43,967 nt of DNA from a virus, in IMG/VR virus record IMGVR_UViG_3300037473_000101, positions 1 to 43,967 of that record. The stretch is one strand, 5' to 3'. The notes under the pieces are model-generated. The model saw nothing but the letters and a program-made list of their open reading frames with translations, was not told the origin of the DNA and did not search any database. Made by a program: the position numbers and the translations under genes. Below are positions 17,215 to 26,121 of this stretch, in pieces (positions within the stretch are counted from its first letter, which is position 1; each line of letters opens with the position of its first letter).

Positions 17215-19355
17215 TGGAGCCGAAAGAAATCGCTCGCATCAAGGCCAACCTGCAAACCCTGTCCGATCAGGGGGCACCCCAGGCTGATGTTGACGCTTAC
17301 CTGAAAAGTGAAGGCATATCGGCCGAGGATATCGCCAGCTCGCCGGTAGCCGGGCCAAACGACCCCAATGGCGGCGAGGCAACGACGGCGGCGGGGCACG
17401 CATTTTTTGTGGGGACGGCCCGTGGGGCTTCTTTCGACACTGCCGATGAGATCGGCGCGACCATGCGCGGCGCGGCGGCTAAAGCCACAGGGAGAGACTT
17501 CCAACCCACTTACGATGCCGCCTTGCAGACGGCCCGGGAGAATGAAAATATTCTCCAGAAGCAGCACCCCTGGGCGACCGGAGCGGGCCAGGCGGTCGGC
17601 GGTGTGGCAACCGCCCTAGCATTGCGCAATATGCCGGGGATGACCCCGGCGGCGACAATGCCGGGCAAAATCGCCCAAGGCGCATTGATCGGAGGCGCTA
17701 CTGGTGGAGCTTATGGCTTTGGTGGCGGCGAAGGCGGCTTTGTATCTCGCCTACAAAGTGCTATTGCTCCTACTATTACTGGTGGTGCTCTTGGTGCCGC
17801 CTTCCCGCCCATGGCGTATGGTGCGGCTACTGGCATTAATCTCGCTAAAAACCTGCTTCGGATCTCCGGTCCGGAAAGCCGCGCGGTATCGCTCATTGGG
17901 AAAGCCGCAGAAAGAGATGCCGTCCCAAGCAGCGATATCCCTCTCGCCATCCAAAGCGCAGGCGCAAAGGGAGTCCCGCTTGCCCCGGTGGATCTCGGCC
18001 CTAATCTCACGAGACTAGGCCGCACCGTCGAGACAATTCCAGGGAAGGGGTCGGGGCTTGCGACCGACTTCCTGCTTGACCGCCAAGCAGGGCAGGGCGG
18101 ACGGCTCGTCAATCAGGTCAAGAATTTTATCTCCGATCCAGACCAGTTCTGGATGTCGATGGACACGCTGAATCAGACCCGTCGCTTGGCGGCTGCTCCA
18201 CTATACGACAGCGCCTATGCCAAGCCAGCCGTTGATGTCTGGTCACCAGAAATCGCCGGACTTATGAGGCGGCCTTCCATGAAGGCCGCATACCAGCAGG
18301 CGGCCAAGATCGCCGCGGAGGAAGGGCGGGACCCCAAGGAGCTGGGCCTTGTATTCGATGCTGCTGGAGACCCTGTTTTCCTGACCGGCGCGGACAAAGA
18401 TGGCCTGATCCCGTCCACTCAAACAATGGATTACATCAAGCGCGGCCTTGATGATGTGGTGGAGCAGTTTCGAGACAAGACAACCGGCAAACTTGTCTTG
18501 GATGAGGGCGGCCGCGCGATCAACAACACCCGCGCCAAGTTCGTCGAATTGCTCCGAACCGGAAACCCAGACTACGCCAAGGCGCTGGACGCTTGGGCCG
18601 GTCCGTCTCATGCCATGGATGTTCTATCCCGCGCTCGTGACTGGGCTCATGGCGACGTGGAGGTATCCAAGAAAGCCTTTGATGCCCTCAGCCCAGCTGA
18701 TCAGGATCTTATGCGGCTTGGTGCTGCACGCGAACTTAAGAAGCTGATCGATTCCGGCGATGACGGCGTCAACAAAGTACGTCGGATCTTCGGCAGTCAG
18801 GCCAAGCGCGATTTTCTGCAAATGCTTTTCCCGGACGCGACTAGCTGGGAGAAGTTTAGCGCGATCATGGGCGCCGAGAACCAGATCGCGAAGAATGCTC
18901 AGATCATTGGAGGCGGCTCACCCACGGCCCGCATTCAGGCCGAGCAAGCGGACACGGCCAATGTTCTTATGGAGCGCTTTGTTACAGGCGGCAGCCGTGG
19001 TGCTGGTATGGAGCTGGTGCGGCGGGCTTTTCAAGGCGCGCGGGGGATCGATGAAGCGACCGGAGCAGAACTCGCCAAAAGGCTTTTCACGACTGACCCG
19101 GCCGCGGCGAATGCTCTTGCGTCGGAACTCGCGACGCTCGTCGGCAGATCGGCGCGCAGGCTCACGGTAAGGCAACAGACAATCATCAATTTTCTGACGG
19201 GCGCTAATGCGGCTGGCTCTCCGCTGCTGCCTAAACCAGGAGACCAAGGGTCACTTCAACAGCCAAATATTCAAACGATGTTTGCGCAGGCATTGCAAGG
19301 GGGGGCGCCTCAGAAGGCCAACCCCTACGCCGCTGCGCTCATGGGACAAGGGTAA
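17211..19355 (+). CDS. Large internal virion/ejection-like protein (714 aa)
   Basis: Largest ORF of the tail-proximal block, with Gly-rich hydrophobic segments. GTG at 17211 or ATG at 17214. Confidence 0.6.
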   Translation: MMEPKEIARIKANLQTLSDQGAPQADVDAYLKSEGISAEDIASSPVAGPNDPNGGEATTAAGHAFFVGTARGASFDTADEIGATMRGAAAKATGRDFQPTYDAALQTARENENILQKQHPWATGAGQAVGGVATALALRNMPGMTPAATMPGKIAQGALIGGATGGAYGFGGGEGGFVSRLQSAIAPTITGGALGAAFPPMAYGAATGINLAKNLLRISGPESRAVSLIGKAAERDAVPSSDIPLAIQSAGAKGVPLAPVDLGPNLTRLGRTVETIPGKGSGLATDFLLDRQAGQGGRLVNQVKNFISDPDQFWMSMDTLNQTRRLAAAPLYDSAYAKPAVDVWSPEIAGLMRRPSMKAAYQQAAKIAAEEGRDPKELGLVFDAAGDPVFLTGADKDGLIPSTQTMDYIKRGLDDVVEQFRDKTTGKLVLDEGGRAINNTRAKFVELLRTGNPDYAKALDAWAGPSHAMDVLSRARDWAHGDVEVSKKAFDALSPADQDLMRLGAARELKKLIDSGDDGVNKVRRIFGSQAKRDFLQMLFPDATSWEKFSAIMGAENQIAKNAQIIGGGSPTARIQAEQADTANVLMERFVTGGSRGAGMELVRRAFQGARGIDEATGAELAKRLFTTDPAAANALASELATLVGRSARRLTVRQQTIINFLTGANAAGSPLLPKPGDQGSLQQPNIQTMFAQALQGGAPQKANPYAAALMGQG

Positions 19356-19363
19356 GAGAACAA

Positions 19364-20344
19364 ATGCCCCGCAACGGCTCCGGCACCTACACGCTCCCGG
19401 CCTCGTCATGGAATCCCGCGACGACTGCAACCACTATTGAATCCAGCGGCTGGAACACGACGGCGGCAGACCTCGCATCCGCTATGACCCAATCCGTCTC
19501 CAAAGACGGCCAAACCCCCATGACCGGCAACCTGCCCATGGGCGGGAACAAGCTCACCGGCATGGCGGACGGCGCGACGGCTACCGACAGCGCCACCTAC
19601 GGGCAGACCCTCCACACCTCTGGAAACCAGTCTCTCTCCGGCAACCTGGTCCTCTCCGGGGATCTCACCGTTACCGGGTCGGTGATTTTCAGCCAAGGGT
19701 CGCTCAGCCTTGAAAACCTGAGTGTAGCCAGCACTGCGTCAATCACCGCGCTCAGGGCCGGAAGTCTGACGGTCACCGGGGCAACGATTCTCAACACCCT
19801 GGCCGTTGCAAGCACGGGGTCTGTGGCGACCCTCACCGCGAACGTGATGGCGGTCGCAAGCACCACCAGTCTCAAAACCCTGACCACGACGGGCACGGCA
19901 ACGCTCGCAACGGCATCGGTCGGCAGCTCCATTGTCATCGGTGCCGCCACGGGTGGGAGCAAGGGTGCGGGTACTCTCAACGCGACCGGGATCTATGTGA
20001 ACGGTGCTGCTGTGGGGGGTGTCCAGTCGTCGGCCGGGTCCGCGATCTCTCTCAGCGCCGCCAATGCGTGGGCGCATGGCCTGGGGAGCAAGCCGAAGAA
20101 CTTCGGGGCCTACATCGTCATGGGCGCCTCGACGGAGCTTGGTTACACCAACGGCGATTCCGTCAACGTCGCTGACTTTCAGAACGGCGCTTCCAATGCC
20201 CGTGCTGTTTCGGTGAAGGCCGACGCAACGAACGTGACCATAACCTGGTCGTCATCGGCTCCGTTCCTTCTCAACACTTCCACCTTCTCAGCGGCGGCGA
20301 TCGATACCACCAAGTGGACCGTCGTTCTCTGGGCGCAATCTTAA
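19364..20344 (+). CDS. Tail fibre protein
   Basis: N-terminus MPRNGSGTYTLPASSWNPATTATTIESSGWNTTAADLASAMTQSVSKDGQTPMTGNLPMGGNKLTGMADG is the conserved fibre N-terminal motif. The remainder is S/T/G/A-rich repeats. Confidence 0.75.
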   Translation: MPRNGSGTYTLPASSWNPATTATTIESSGWNTTAADLASAMTQSVSKDGQTPMTGNLPMGGNKLTGMADGATATDSATYGQTLHTSGNQSLSGNLVLSGDLTVTGSVIFSQGSLSLENLSVASTASITALRAGSLTVTGATILNTLAVASTGSVATLTANVMAVASTTSLKTLTTTGTATLATASVGSSIVIGAATGGSKGAGTLNATGIYVNGAAVGGVQSSAGSAISLSAANAWAHGLGSKPKNFGAYIVMGASTELGYTNGDSVNVADFQNGASNARAVSVKADATNVTITWSSSAPFLLNTSTFSAAAIDTTKWTVVLWAQS

Positions 20345-20355
20345 AGGAGCAATCT

Positions 20356-20670
20356 ATGAGCACCCTTACCGTTGTCGAATATCAGGGCGTGGGGAAGCAG
20401 CCGAGCAACGATATCCAGGCTCCCATGCTGCCCTACATCACCATCCAGAAAGTGACCTTCACCGGCACGGCCGGGTATAGCGCGCAGTTGAACGCGAACA
20501 CGCAGCTCGTCCAGCTTTTTACCGATGGGCAATGCAACGTTCTGGCAAGCACGACATCCAGCGCATCGGTCGGCAGTGCTACAGCCATCATTCTAGCCAC
20601 CACCGATAAGCCGTTCTACACGGTCAAGCGGTCGTCCGGCCTGTACTTCTCCGTCATCTCGAACAGCTAA
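20356..20670 (+). CDS. Hypothetical tail-module protein (104 aa)
   Basis: ATG at 20356 after AAAGGAG. Confidence 0.6.
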   Translation: MSTLTVVEYQGVGKQPSNDIQAPMLPYITIQKVTFTGTAGYSAQLNANTQLVQLFTDGQCNVLASTTSSASVGSATAIILATTDKPFYTVKRSSGLYFSVISNS

Positions 20671-21581
20671 TGCCGCAGCTTGCTTCAGTTGGGAGGTTGA
20701 TGAGCGGGGGCGCTGGTGGAGCCGCTGTGGTCACCCCCGGCGCCTTCGACGCCATGCAGGCCCTACAGGCCGGATATTGCCTTGTCGGTGTGCAGCGGCT
20801 GATCAGCTCGGCCGTTTATTCCGGATACGCATATCGGGTTAGGCGGTCCTCCGACAACACCGACATGGACTTCCTGCCCGGGGCGCTCTCCGTGGACGTT
20901 GCCGCCTGGATTCAGGCGAATGGAGCTGCGGTCGGATATATGACCAAGCTCTATGACCAATCCGGAAATGCACGGGACAGCGATACCGGAACAACCGGAT
21001 CAACCGGCACGTCTCCGACCCTTGATTGCTCGGTTTCGACTTACCCTGTTGCAGTGTTCAACGGCACGTCGAATCGCATCGCGTGGTCAGGAGCATCTAC
21101 GATGCTTCAGATCAACACGACGGCGCCGGGCATTACCCTCTCCATGGCGATGCAGCCGACGGGCACGAACTCCGGAACCGCTTTCTATCAAGCGATTTGC
21201 ACGAACAGCGGAAACACATCGCGGACTTCTCTGGATTTCTTGGTAACGCCGACTCTGAGCTGCCGAACCAGCCGGGTTGACGGGACCCCAACCTCAGCCA
21301 ATGCACCGACCTTCTGGGATCTCAATCCGCACATTCTAACCGGCGTCTCCGATATCACGGGGGGCACGGAAAAGCGGTACATCGACGGCGTCGCGGGGAC
21401 GACGGCCAATTTTACCCCTGTAGCCTCACCGAACTTTGTCGCCTCTGCTGCTGTTTTTATCGGCGGCCTGAACACTGGAAGCTTCACCAAACTCAATTGG
21501 ACATGCTCCTCATTTTATAACGTGGCCCTCACCGGCGCAAATCTCACCGCGCTTGAATCCGCCATGGAGGCCGCAGCATGA
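20670..21581 (+). CDS. Tail-associated protein, LamG/ConA-like lectin pattern (putative)
   Basis: GYAYRVRRSSDNTDMDF...KLYDQSGNARD pattern. Lies between the fibre and the spike. Confidence 0.45.
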   Translation: MPQLASVGRLMSGGAGGAAVVTPGAFDAMQALQAGYCLVGVQRLISSAVYSGYAYRVRRSSDNTDMDFLPGALSVDVAAWIQANGAAVGYMTKLYDQSGNARDSDTGTTGSTGTSPTLDCSVSTYPVAVFNGTSNRIAWSGASTMLQINTTAPGITLSMAMQPTGTNSGTAFYQAICTNSGNTSRTSLDFLVTPTLSCRTSRVDGTPTSANAPTFWDLNPHILTGVSDITGGTEKRYIDGVAGTTANFTPVASPNFVASAAVFIGGLNTGSFTKLNWTCSSFYNVALTGANLTALESAMEAAA

Positions 21582-23107
21582 CCGTCCCAACCTTCCTTGG
21601 GGGGAACCTCCGCGCCCCGTTGATGATCAACGAGACCAACTGGAACACCGGCAAGCTGTTCCTGAAGTCCGGCATTACAGCGGTCAAGTTCTTTCAGCGC
21701 GTCGGCACGGCTTACACCCTCACTGTCTCAGGATACTACACCGGGACCACGACCAAGGTTCAGGTTCGCATCATCGATGCGGTCTCTTCTGCAACAGTGG
21801 TGGATTGGGCTGATCTTGACGCGGCTCCGGCGAACAATGCTTTCACCGGCACAGTCTCTGTGCCTCAAGGCAACCTCGACGGTTCATGGAAATACAGCGT
21901 CCAGGTCCGGAAAACCGACACTCCGTCCACGGTCTATACGTCCTACACGGTGATTTCGGTCGGCATCGGCGTTCTGATGATCGGGCAGTCCAACACCGAG
22001 AAGCTGTTCGGCCAGTACACCGTGACACCCCTTGCTGCGTCTCCGGGCGTCTTCCGCTACGCCGGGGGTTCCTTCACCGGATGGTATACAAACGACACTC
22101 TCACGCAGCCCGACGAGCCGACCGCGACGAACGGCATCGATGGGTTTGCGGGGTCCGGATCGACGGCTCTTGGCAATACCATTGTCGCCACCACGCGGGT
22201 TCCGGTGTTCCTGCTGGAAATGGCAATCGGCGCAACGACAATTGCGACGTGGCAGACCGGTCAATCTTCCTGGACCAACCTCCTCACACAGGTTGGACGC
22301 GCTGTTGCTACGGGATACGGATTTGAAATCGTCTACTGGCAGCAGGGCGAAACCGATGGTGTGCAGGGTACTGCCAAGGCGACCTATAAGACCAACCTCA
22401 CCAATCTCTATAACCAATGTCTCGCTCTGAGCGGTCGCGCCCATATCGTCTTTATTCTTGGGTTGCTGAGCGACGACGGGTCTGCGACCGACGCCAACGC
22501 GAACAACATCTCTCAAGGCATTCTTGAGTGGTATGACGGGGTGAGAGCGGGGAGCATCGTCCTCAACGACGCAAGCGCCGCAAGCTATCTGGATCTCACG
22601 AGCTACCGTGACCAGCAGGCGACGCTTGACCCGCATTTCACGACGGCCGTCTATATCATCTTCGGATACCGCGGCGGCCAGGCCATCCTGTACCGGATGG
22701 GGCTGGAATCGGTCGGCATGTCGGGTCCGTTCTTCACGGGGGCACTGACCGCTTCCGCTGCCACGCAGACGATCACCTTGCCGATTACCCAGGATGGTGG
22801 ATCGGCTCTCCGGGATTCGGGGGGCGGGTCTGCGGGAACATCGCTGACCGGGTTCCGGGCGTTCAACAACGTCACTCAGAAGACGATCAGCAGCACGGCG
22901 TTTTCCGGAAACAACATCGTCCTGACCTTGGCGGGCGGGTCGTTTGTCAACGGCGACACGATCAACGTTGACTATCTGTACGGAGGCGGGGCCTCGCTGC
23001 CGGTCTACACCAACCTCGTCTACGACAACCTGACTGTGCCGAATACCGGGTTGGGCAGGCCGTTGCAGCCGACGAGAGGGCAGATCAGCGGGACGGCGGG
23101 GGCGTGA
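21578..23107 (+). CDS. Tail spike/fibre protein with a SASA-type (SGNH-like) carbohydrate O-acetylesterase domain
   Basis: Motifs GVLMIGQSNTEKLFG, AIGATTIATW, IVYWQQGETDG and YKTNLTNLY in the order typical of the sialate O-acetylesterase family. Confidence 0.6.
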   Translation: MTVPTFLGGNLRAPLMINETNWNTGKLFLKSGITAVKFFQRVGTAYTLTVSGYYTGTTTKVQVRIIDAVSSATVVDWADLDAAPANNAFTGTVSVPQGNLDGSWKYSVQVRKTDTPSTVYTSYTVISVGIGVLMIGQSNTEKLFGQYTVTPLAASPGVFRYAGGSFTGWYTNDTLTQPDEPTATNGIDGFAGSGSTALGNTIVATTRVPVFLLEMAIGATTIATWQTGQSSWTNLLTQVGRAVATGYGFEIVYWQQGETDGVQGTAKATYKTNLTNLYNQCLALSGRAHIVFILGLLSDDGSATDANANNISQGILEWYDGVRAGSIVLNDASAASYLDLTSYRDQQATLDPHFTTAVYIIFGYRGGQAILYRMGLESVGMSGPFFTGALTASAATQTITLPITQDGGSALRDSGGGSAGTSLTGFRAFNNVTQKTISSTAFSGNNIVLTLAGGSFVNGDTINVDYLYGGGASLPVYTNLVYDNLTVPNTGLGRPLQPTRGQISGTAGA

Positions 23108-23288
23108 GACGATGAAGCGTTTCCGGATCGCCCCACCACCCTTCGATCTCATAATCGGATTCTGGTCCAGGAAGGGTTACCGTATCGCTCTTGCCGTTCG
23201 CGGCGGTCTCGTGCTGGCACTTCACCCAATCGCCCGGCGTGCCGTCGCCGCGGTCTTTCAGACGAGCACGGTAAAGCATCTCACTCAT
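23085..23288 (-). CDS. Hypothetical protein (67 aa), second gene of the reverse-strand cassette
   Basis: ATG preceded by GGAGACTGACCG, which contains the upstream stop. Converges on the spike gene with a 23-nt overlap. Confidence 0.55.
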   Translation of the reverse strand: MSEMLYRARLKDRGDGTPGDWVKCQHETAANGKSDTVTLPGPESDYEIEGWWGDPETLHRLTPPPSR

Positions 23289-23291
23289 CGG

Positions 23292-23600
23292 TCAGTCTCC
23301 GGCAGCAAGAGAATCAATAAGATTGTTCCAAGACGTGCTCGGGCTCCAATGTTCAGGAAGCTGCGAAGCCATCGCCGCAAGCTTCCCCTTGTAGTTCTCG
23401 ACGGTCTCGCCGATCCCGTCCGTTTCCGTCTGGCACCAATACGTGTTCCCGCGACCATCCGTGGTCAGGATCATGCGCCAGTAGTCGGCGGATTCCTGCG
23501 TGTTCGCGAAGCCGCCGAGCAGACCGTAAAACAGGACAATCGGAATCTTGTGGTCAGCGTCCTCGACATTGCTCATCGAAAGGTTTCGGGAATCCGCCAT
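23292..23600 (-). CDS. Hypothetical protein (102 aa), first gene of the reverse-strand cassette
   Basis: ATG at 23600 preceded by TGGAGGCCGTG. MADSRNLSMSNVEDADHKIPIVLFYGLLGGF... Confidence 0.55.
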   Translation of the reverse strand: MADSRNLSMSNVEDADHKIPIVLFYGLLGGFANTQESADYWRMILTTDGRGNTYWCQTETDGIGETVENYKGKLAAMASQLPEHWSPSTSWNNLIDSLAAGD

Positions 23601-23851
23601 CACGGCCTCCAATGGAAAGGTACGCGGGCCGGATCGGAGGGGGGATCGAACACCCGTTTGCGCACGCCATGCAAGACGCAAACCTGCCAGCGCTCCGTCC
23701 CGGCAGTCCTGGCGAAGGTCCACGACCGCGTGCGCCGATTCTACCCCTCTAAACAGACAGTAGCAACAGGATGAAAGACGAGCGGGACGACGGTTGCGCT
23801 AACAACCGCCGCCCCTGGAGTACCCCAACCCCAACCTGAGTAGAGCAGGTC

Positions 23852-24106
23852 ATGGCACCAGAGAGAGTAAGAGCCGAATCTGAACAGCCGGTTAATGGGA
23901 TAGAACGGATTCTCGGGATGCTCCTGGAGCGGACCAAGAACCTTCAGGACGACATGACCGAAGTAAAGGACACGGTGGATTCCCTGAAGACCAAGGCGTC
24001 AATCGGCAAGGGGGCGCTGCTTGGCGCGTCCGCCGTGGCTGGCGTCGCGGGGGGAACGCTCGGCTCCAAGCTTCTCGCGGCTTTCTTCGCGGCGTTGCCG
24101 AAATGA
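23852..24106 (+). CDS. Tail-anchored membrane protein (holin/antiholin candidate)
   Basis: N-terminal coiled coil plus a C-terminal hydrophobic segment GALLGASAVAGVAGGTLGSKLLAAFFAAL. First gene of the lysis block. Confidence 0.5.
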   Translation: MAPERVRAESEQPVNGIERILGMLLERTKNLQDDMTEVKDTVDSLKTKASIGKGALLGASAVAGVAGGTLGSKLLAAFFAALPK

Positions 24107-24109
24107 CCG

Positions 24110-24367
24110 ATGACCACAGAAAAGAACATCACAGAGCGCGTCACCAAGCTGGAGACCAAGGTAGAGGCGCACGACCTCGACTTGATCGGGCTGCACCAGG
24201 CCAAGCACAAGCAGGCCTCCTGGATCACAACGGCGCTCAACAAAATCGGCGTGCTGGAGATCCAGTCAAAGGCCCACGACCGCGTTATCTGGGCCGCGCT
24301 GTTCGGCGTCATCGGGACTCTCGCATCAATCGCAGGGTTCCTGATCGTGAAATACGTTTTGAAATGA
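24110..24367 (+). CDS. Tail-anchored membrane protein (holin/antiholin candidate)
   Basis: Same architecture as the previous ORF. C-terminal VIWAALFGVIGTLASIAGFLIV. Confidence 0.5.
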   Translation: MTTEKNITERVTKLETKVEAHDLDLIGLHQAKHKQASWITTALNKIGVLEIQSKAHDRVIWAALFGVIGTLASIAGFLIVKYVLK

Positions 24368-24374
24368 GGGCGAT

Positions 24375-24764
24375 GTGACACCGCGCGGCATAAGGCTCAA
24401 CAACCCGGGGAACATCCGCCATGGCGACCAGTGGCGCGGGCTCGCTGCTGATCAGCCTGACCCTGCGTTTTGCAAATTCATCGCTCCCGTTTACGGCATC
24501 CGGGCAATGGTCAAGATCCTCCAGAGCTACCGAAAGCGGGGAAGAGACACCGTTGCGGAGATCATTTCCGCCTGGGCTCCCACGGTTGAGAACGACACCG
24601 CCGCTTATATCAGGAGCGTTTGTTCCCGGGTCGGTGTGGGGCCGAACGACCCGGTAGAGCCGGGGAATCCCAACCTCGTCAAAGCAATTATCACCCACGA
24701 GAACGGCATACAGCCGTACTCGGACAATACCATCAACGACGGCATCAAACTAGCAGGAGCCTGA
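24375..24764 (+). CDS. Putative muralytic enzyme (endolysin candidate, NNPGNIR-motif family)
   Basis: IRLNNPGNIRHGDQWRGL motif. Flanked by small membrane proteins and a lipoprotein. Confidence 0.5.
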   Translation: MTPRGIRLNNPGNIRHGDQWRGLAADQPDPAFCKFIAPVYGIRAMVKILQSYRKRGRDTVAEIISAWAPTVENDTAAYIRSVCSRVGVGPNDPVEPGNPNLVKAIITHENGIQPYSDNTINDGIKLAGA

Positions 24765-24765
24765 G

Positions 24766-25005
24766 ATGAATCCTCTTCAGTACAACAAGGCATGGATCGC
24801 GGGACTTGGCCCGATCCTGCTGCAAGTCCTGATGAAGATCGATGCCAAGGTACTGGCGCCGATCGATTGGAGCATGGGCGAAGCGTTCTGGACCGGCGTA
24901 TCGGCCGCAGTCGTCGGCTACATCGTCTTGAAGGTCCCGAACGTCCGCAACCCTGACGCGGCCACCCGCGCCACCGACAAACCCAACACTGACGCAGGAG
25001 CATGA
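24766..25005 (+). CDS. Small membrane protein with two hydrophobic segments (holin or spanin-component candidate)
   Basis: AWIAGLGPILLQVLM and AFWTGVSAAVVGYIVL. Confidence 0.5.
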   Translation: MNPLQYNKAWIAGLGPILLQVLMKIDAKVLAPIDWSMGEAFWTGVSAAVVGYIVLKVPNVRNPDAATRATDKPNTDAGA

Positions 25006-25006
25006 C

Positions 25007-25306
25007 ATGAAGCGCCTTATTATCCTCGCATTCCCGCTCGCCCTCATGGCGTGCCAGGACGGCAAGATCACCCCGGCGGAAACCGCGCTGACCGCATGTC
25101 AGACCTATACCGCCGCCCTCAACACGGCCACGGCTCTGAACACCGCCGGGAAGCTCTCTGCCAAAGCCGTCGTGGCCGTGGACAAGTCGGTTGCCATCGC
25201 AGACCCGCTCTGCGGCGGCCCAGCGCCGAAGTATGACGGTTCCGCCCTCGATGCGGTGAGCGTGCAGAGCGCCATCGCCATGATCAACGCAGCCATCGGA
25301 GAGTGA
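25007..25306 (+). CDS. Lipoprotein (outer-membrane spanin candidate)
   Basis: Signal peptide with lipobox MKRLIILAFPLALMAC. Confidence 0.55.
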   Translation: MKRLIILAFPLALMACQDGKITPAETALTACQTYTAALNTATALNTAGKLSAKAVVAVDKSVAIADPLCGGPAPKYDGSALDAVSVQSAIAMINAAIGE

Positions 25307-25307
25307 C

Positions 25308-25481
25308 ATGCCCATCCCCCTCATCGTCGCCGCGGCCATCGAAGCTATGAAGCTTGGGGCCGATCTTCTCGAAACCTGGAAGAACAACCCGGACGACCAA
25401 GCCGCTCTTGACGCACGTTGGGCCGCCATGCAGGCGAGGTTCAACGATGCAAAGGCCGCTTGGGAAGCGTCGAAGTCATGA
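25308..25481 (+). CDS. Hypothetical protein (57 aa)
   Basis: ATG 1 nt after the upstream stop. MPIPLIVAAAIEAMKLG... followed by helical AAxxA repeats. Under the ORF-track cutoff. Confidence 0.4.
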   Translation: MPIPLIVAAAIEAMKLGADLLETWKNNPDDQAALDARWAAMQARFNDAKAAWEASKS

Positions 25482-25648
25482 ACGACGGGGCCATCCTGGA
25501 CCGCCTCACAGACCTGTTGAGGCGGTTCGGGCCTTCTCAAGAGCTTTTCGATTCCGTGCCCCGGGATCTCTGGGCTACCGCAATCTCACGCCATCGTCGC
25601 AGGCGTAAGGGACCTTCTGCGGCAGGACGTTCAGGGGCTCCTCGGTGA
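25478..25648 (+). CDS. Hypothetical protein (56 aa), uncertain
   Basis: ATGA overlap with the previous ORF. High third-position GC only in the first half. The 3' part overlaps a better-looking minus-strand ORF. Confidence 0.25.
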   Translation: MNDGAILDRLTDLLRRFGPSQELFDSVPRDLWATAISRHRRRRKGPSAAGRSGAPR

Positions 25649-25754
25649 GCCTCCGGCAGTCATGGGCCGCAGCGTCTTCCTGTTCTTTCCAGGCCCAATG
25701 GGCTGCTACGGCGAAGCACAGGAGGCCAAGGGTGATGAGGGCAACGTTCTTCAT
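25575..25754 (-). CDS. Small secreted/membrane protein (59 aa)
   Basis: MKNVALITLGLLCFAVAAHWAW signal-like N-terminus. High third-position GC. No clear Shine-Dalgarno sequence. Confidence 0.4.
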   Translation of the reverse strand: MKNVALITLGLLCFAVAAHWAWKEQEDAAAHDCRRLTEEPLNVLPQKVPYACDDGVRLR

Positions 25755-25771
25755 GCGGGGACTATAGCGCC

Positions 25772-25927
25772 ATGATGCGGCTGGTCAATGGCATCGGATA
25801 CGCCCTTTCCGTCCTGATGATGGTGTACCTAGCCATGCTGCTGGTGATTCTCATGGCCCTAGCGTTCGGAGCGATAGCGGGGCAGGTCTTCGATCTGCTC
25901 ATTGCCTTCATGGAGTGGGCTTCATGA
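25772..25927 (+). CDS. Small membrane protein (51 aa)
   Basis: MMRLVNGIGYALSVLMMVYLAMLLVILMALAFGAIAGQVF is almost entirely hydrophobic. Confidence 0.4.
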   Translation: MMRLVNGIGYALSVLMMVYLAMLLVILMALAFGAIAGQVFDLLIAFMEWAS

Positions 25928-26121
25928 TATGGACCGCAATCCTAGTCGCCTGCCTGGTCTCTGCTCCTGAAGAGTGCAGGACCCATGAGATGATTATCCA
26001 TGGAAACGGCATCCCGACAGCGGCGTTTATAGAAGCACAGTTTAGAGCGGCGGAATGGCTTAGAGACCATCCAGGTATGCAGCAGAGGTCGCTTGTGTTG
26101 AGGGTGGGGAGAGGAGTTTAG
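25924..26121 (+). CDS. Small lipoprotein-like protein (65 aa)
   Basis: ATGA overlap. MIWTAILVACLVSAPEEC carries a lipobox-like LVAC. Confidence 0.45.
   Translation: MIWTAILVACLVSAPEECRTHEMIIHGNGIPTAAFIEAQFRAAEWLRDHPGMQQRSLVLRVGRGV

Noticed and set aside
19364-23107. Possible diversity-generating retroelement, since the capsid-plus-cement arrangement recalls Bordetella BPP-1-like phages
   Set aside because: No reverse-transcriptase ORF is present anywhere in the window. I could not see a template/variable repeat pair near the 3' ends of the fibre or spike genes.
23615-23660. GGGGGGATCGAACACCC, resembling a reversed tRNA T-loop in the leader of the reverse-strand cassette
   Set aside because: On the minus strand, GGGTG-TTCGATC-CCCCC does not form a complementary T stem, and no acceptor or anticodon arms can be built around it.
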